Source of the DNA: Pseudolabrys sp.
GTDB taxonomy: Bacteria > Pseudomonadota > Alphaproteobacteria > Rhizobiales > Xanthobacteraceae
Length of the DNA: 59,418 nucleotides
NCBI GenBank assembly: GCA_036494425.1
Contig: DASXOK010000028.1
Location: 1 to 59,418 of the forward strand
Direction: 5' to 3'
Shown: one piece after another, positions 55,894 to 59,418 of the stretch
Numbering within the stretch: position 1 is the first letter of the stretch
How the letters are laid out: every line of letters begins with the position of its first letter
Program-made: the position numbers and the translations under genes
The notes under the pieces: generated by a model
What the model was told of the DNA's origin: nothing
Database searches by the model: none
The model's input: only the letters and a program-made list of their open reading frames with translations

Positions 55894-55920
55894 GAACGCG
55901 CATCGGTGGGGAATCCTGTG
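55894..55920 (-). promoter_or_regulatory. Candidate autoregulatory ECF promoter
   Basis: Minus strand CACAGG-N16-CGTTC upstream of the sigma gene; ECF-like spacing and CGT -10. Confidence 0.35.
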
Positions 55921-55980
55921 CGGGTGGGAAAGTGGGGAAATCGGGGACAAGCGTGGCCCAATAAGGGCTAAACTATTGAA

Positions 55981-56922
55981 TTATCGTGGTTTCGGTACCC
56001 GGCGGGTGGCCGCGAGTTCCAGCCCCTTTACCAGCCTGTAGACCGCGCGGCAATTTGGCACCGGTACGCCCGTCCGTTCGCCCTCGCGCACGACGAAGCC
56101 GGTCAGTTCGTCGATCTCGGTCGGCGCACCGCGTTCGATGTCCAGCGCCATGGAACCTGCGTGCTTGGATTTCGGGATCTCGCCGGCGCGCACCTTCTCC
56201 ACGAACTCCATTGGCGGGAAGGCGAGGGAACCATCGAGCGCGCGTACGACGGCGATGCACTCCGCCGCCATGTCGTCGATCAGCGCCCGCACCTCCGGCG
56301 CGTCATAGCGGGCGGCGTTGTCGCCCAGCATCAGCGCCCCCACCGGGTTCATCACGCAGTTGAAGACGAATTTCGACCACACCGCCCCCATCGGGTCGGC
56401 GAGGACATCCGTCGGGTAGCCTGCCGCGGTGAGCAGGTCGCCCAGCGGCTTGATGTCGGCGACGGTGCCGCGCACCGGGCCGAGCCAGGTCTTGCCCTCG
56501 ATCAGGTTCTCGATCGCGCCCGGCTCGATATAGCGCCCGGCATTCATGGTGACGCCGCGCACCACCGGCCCCGGCGCCGTCAACAGAGCCTCGGCATTGT
56601 CCATGCCGTTCTGCAGCGTGACCCACAAAGGCGTGCCGGCGACGAGTGGCTGCAATTGCTTGAGCGCCTCGCCGGTTGCCTTCGACTTGGTGAGGAAGAA
56701 GATCGCGTCGAAGGATTGCCCCTTCAGCGTCGCTGCGTCGTCAGTGGCGGTGATGCGTGCGACGCGCGGACTCTTGCCGGTGATACGCAGGCCTTGTGTG
56801 TTGATTGCGCGAACCTGTTCGGCATTGGAGTCGTAGGCGGTGACATCGGCGACGGACGACAGAGCGGATGCGAACAGCCCGCCGATGGCGCCGCAGCCGA
56901 CGATGAGAACACGTGCTGACAT
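55981..56922 (-). CDS. panE: Ketopantoate reductase family (PanE/ApbA)
   Basis: GCGAIG, TLQNG, WSKFVFN..NP, SMALD..G.PTEID..G. Confidence 0.8.
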   Translation of the reverse strand: MSARVLIVGCGAIGGLFASALSSVADVTAYDSNAEQVRAINTQGLRITGKSPRVARITATDDAATLKGQSFDAIFFLTKSKATGEALKQLQPLVAGTPLWVTLQNGMDNAEALLTAPGPVVRGVTMNAGRYIEPGAIENLIEGKTWLGPVRGTVADIKPLGDLLTAAGYPTDVLADPMGAVWSKFVFNCVMNPVGALMLGDNAARYDAPEVRALIDDMAAECIAVVRALDGSLAFPPMEFVEKVRAGEIPKSKHAGSMALDIERGAPTEIDELTGFVVREGERTGVPVPNCRAVYRLVKGLELAATRRVPKPR

Positions 56923-57080
56923 TCTTTTTGGACTCACGCCTTGCTCGTTGTGTGGTGCGAATGGACGCAATCGCCCCGACCCTGTCAACCTGACGGTTCT
57001 ATCCATCCAAGCCGCGCTTCCCACCGCTGGAGACGCCGGAAAAAGGCGCACCGATCGCGCGGCTTTGCCTTCAACAGTCA

Positions 57081-57105
57081 GGAACCATCGAACCGTTCGG
57101 TCATT
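57081..57105 (+). promoter_or_regulatory. Candidate sigma-EcfG (general stress response) promoter
   Basis: GGAAC-N17-ATT, 36 nt upstream of the emrA ATG. Confidence 0.6.
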
Positions 57106-57141
57106 GACCTGTCGGGACAATTGTGCCGCGGATTGCTGCGG

Positions 57142-58320
57142 ATGGCATTAGTTGAGCACAAACAGGATCATCCGGAGCTTCCGGAGGAAAAGAACGCGCC
57201 GCCTTTGGCTGAAGTGCCACAGGGCGAGCGTACTGATGAACACGCGCGAGCGCCCGCACGCGGACGGGATAAGCCCACGCAGGAGAAGCCCTCGCGGCTC
57301 GCCACCATGCGCCGGCATCCGTGGGCGACGGCGGCCATCGCGATTGCCATTATCGCCGTGCTCGTCGCGGCGCTGATCTGGTGGCTCAATGCCCGTCAAT
57401 ACGAATCGACCGACGACGCCTTCATCGACGCGCGCACGGTGCAGATATCGCCGCAAGTCGGCGGCGTCATCGTCGACGTGCCGGTGAACGACAATCAGCC
57501 CGTCACCGCCGGCTCGCCGCTCGTGCATATCGATCCGCGTGACTATCAGGTCGCCGTGGCGCAGGCGCAGGCGCAACTCGAACAGGCGCAAGCCGTGGTC
57601 GCAAACATAGATGCGCAAATCGCGGCGCAGATCTCCAACATCGATCAGACCAAGACCAACGTCACGCAGACCAACGCCGCGCTGGTCTTCTCCCGCGAGG
57701 AGCAGGCACGCTATGCGCAATTGCTGGCCAACGGGGCCGGCACGCAGCAGCGTTCGCAGCAGGCCAATTCCGATCTCACGCAGAAGCAGGCGGCCTTTGC
57801 CGCGGCGCAAGCCGCGCAGATTGCCGCCGAGAAGCAACTCGGTGTGTTGCAAGCGCAAAAACAAAGCGCGCTGGCGCAAGTCGATGCCACACGCGCTCAG
57901 CTTTCGCAGGCAAAGCTCAATCTCAGCCGCACTACGATCAACGCCTCAGTGGACGGCCGCGTCGTGCGTCTCACCGCGGCCAAGGGCGCCTACACGCAGC
58001 CGGGGCAGGCGCTGATGGCGGTGGTGCCGCGCGTCGTCTGGATCACCGCGAATTTCAAGGAAACGCAGCTCTCCGACATGCATGTCGGGCAACACGTCGA
58101 CATCGAGGTCGACGCCTATCCCGGCAAGACCTTCCAAGGTCACGTCGACAGCATCCAGGCCGGCAGCGGCGTCGTCTTCAGCCTGTTGCCGCCGGAGAAC
58201 GCCACCGGCAACTACGTGAAAGTCGTGCAGCGCGTGCCGGTGAAGATCGTCTTCGACAATCCGCCGGACGTCTATCTCGGCCCCGGCATGTCGGTCGTGC
58301 CGACGGTGAAGGTGCGATGA
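57142..58320 (+). CDS. emrA: EmrA/HlyD family membrane fusion protein
   Basis: ESTDDAFI, ISPQVGG, ANFKETQL, FSLLPPENATGNYVKVVQRVPV, GPGMSV. Confidence 0.88.
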   Translation: MALVEHKQDHPELPEEKNAPPLAEVPQGERTDEHARAPARGRDKPTQEKPSRLATMRRHPWATAAIAIAIIAVLVAALIWWLNARQYESTDDAFIDARTVQISPQVGGVIVDVPVNDNQPVTAGSPLVHIDPRDYQVAVAQAQAQLEQAQAVVANIDAQIAAQISNIDQTKTNVTQTNAALVFSREEQARYAQLLANGAGTQQRSQQANSDLTQKQAAFAAAQAAQIAAEKQLGVLQAQKQSALAQVDATRAQLSQAKLNLSRTTINASVDGRVVRLTAAKGAYTQPGQALMAVVPRVVWITANFKETQLSDMHVGQHVDIEVDAYPGKTFQGHVDSIQAGSGVVFSLLPPENATGNYVKVVQRVPVKIVFDNPPDVYLGPGMSVVPTVKVR

Positions 58321-59418
58321 GCGACGTTGCCGCCAGTGGCGCCGGCGGCGAAAGCCGCTCGGCCGCGGGCCGGCACAATCCGTGGCTCATCGCCGTCGTC
58401 GTGTCGATCGCAACCTTCATGCTGGTGCTCGACACGTCGATCGCCAACGTGGCGCTGCGCGAGATCGCCGGCAATCTCGCCGCCGGCCTCGACGAGGCGA
58501 CCTGGATCATCACCACGTATCTCGTCGCCAATGCGATCATCATTCCGATCAGCGGCTGGCTCGCCAGCGTCATCGGCCGCAAGCGCTATTACATGATCTG
58601 CGTCGCGACCTTCACCGTCGCGTCGCTCCTGTGCGGGCTCGCCTGGAATCTGCAATCGCTGATCGCCTTCCGCATCCTGCAAGGGCTCGGCGGCGGCGGC
58701 ATGGCGCCGAGCGAGCAGGCGATCCTCGCCGACACGTTTCCGCCGGAGAAGCGCTCGCAGGCCTTCGCGCTGTACGGCGTCGCGGTGATCATCGCGCCGA
58801 CCATCGGCCCGACCGTCGGCGGCTGGATCACGGACAATTATTCCTGGCACTGGATTTTCTTCATCAACGTGCCCTTCGGCATTATTTCACTGTCGCTGGT
58901 GCAGTGGTTGCTGATCGAGCCCGACGTGCTCGAGCGCGAGCGCAAGGAGCGGCTGCGCAAGGGCCTGCGCATCGACTGGGTCGGCTTCCTGCTCGTTGGG
59001 CTGTTTCTCGGCTGCCTCGAGATCGTGCTCGACAAGGGCCAGCAGGATGACTGGTTCTCCTCCAGCTTCATCGTCTTCTTCAGCATTGTCTCGCTGCTCG
59101 CCTTCCTCATATTCGTGCCGTGGGAGCTGTCGCGCGAGGACCCCGTCGTCGACGTGCGGCTGCTGCTCGGCCGCCAGTTCGCCACCTCGTTCGCGGTGAT
59201 GCTGGCGGTGGGCGCCGTGCTGTTCGGCTCGACGCAAATCCTGCCGCAGTTGCTGCAGGCCAATTTCAATTACAGCGCGCTGCTCTCGGGTCTCGCTTTG
59301 ATGCCGGGCGGGCTTGCCATGCTGTTTATGATGCCGGTGTCGGGATTCCTGTCGAACGTGATCCAGCCGAAATACCTGATCGCCTTCGGCATGGCGACCA
59401 TCGCGTTGGCCATGTGGC
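58317..59418 (+). CDS. emrB: EmrB/QacA DHA2 MFS transporter (runs off the window end)
   Basis: ATGA overlap; reads ..NPWLIAVVVSIATFMLVLDTSIANVAL..TWIITTYLVANAI..FRILQGLGGG..WIFFINVP; not in the ORF track because it has no stop in the window. Confidence 0.9.
   Translation, partial: MSDVAASGAGGESRSAAGRHNPWLIAVVVSIATFMLVLDTSIANVALREIAGNLAAGLDEATWIITTYLVANAIIIPISGWLASVIGRKRYYMICVATFTVASLLCGLAWNLQSLIAFRILQGLGGGGMAPSEQAILADTFPPEKRSQAFALYGVAVIIAPTIGPTVGGWITDNYSWHWIFFINVPFGIISLSLVQWLLIEPDVLERERKERLRKGLRIDWVGFLLVGLFLGCLEIVLDKGQQDDWFSSSFIVFFSIVSLLAFLIFVPWELSREDPVVDVRLLLGRQFATSFAVMLAVGAVLFGSTQILPQLLQANFNYSALLSGLALMPGGLAMLFMMPVSGFLSNVIQPKYLIAFGMATIALAMW

Noticed and set aside
56923-57141. Riboswitch or pan-motif RNA upstream of panE
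   Set aside because: No recognisable aptamer or terminator; the region is explained as a divergent promoter

Overview
GC-rich alphaproteobacterial chromosome segment (Hyphomicrobiales-like; inferred from gene content, RIME/CGTC-type palindromic repeats and promoter motifs). It contains: (1) the end of a chemotaxis cluster (cheY plus a CheT/CheU-like gene, converging on a Cle-like c-di-GMP-binding receiver and a CheE-like degenerate Hpt protein), followed by a Crp/Fnr regulator between two AT-rich gaps; (2) an IclR-associated catabolic island with a hydroxycinnamoyl-CoA hydratase-lyase, family III CoA-transferase, dienelactone hydrolase, atypical acyl-CoA dehydrogenase, NitT/TauT ABC transporter and atypical SDR; (3) rhlE-infA and an S10 peptidase; (4) a second CoA-transferase/crotonase/ABC/PrpD/SDR/ALDH run; (5) two molybdo-hydroxylases, an amidohydrolase, Ldh_2, two Bug receptors, tandem Gfo/Idh/MocA genes, a class I CoA-transferase-like AB pair divergent from metF, and another ABC system; (6) an ECF sigma/anti-sigma/periplasmic sensor unit heading OMF-mdtABC; (7) a panE-like gene and emrAB, truncated at the window edge. 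I saw no CRISPR array, rRNA, tRNA, IS or phage genes. I cannot claim a definitely new system. The strongest leads are several enzymes that appear to lack their family's canonical catalytic residues (ACAD, crotonase, two SDRs, class I CoA-transferase beta subunit, Hpt), concentrated in unexplained CoA-dependent catabolic clusters. Residue equivalences were aligned by eye against remembered family motifs and need computational confirmation.
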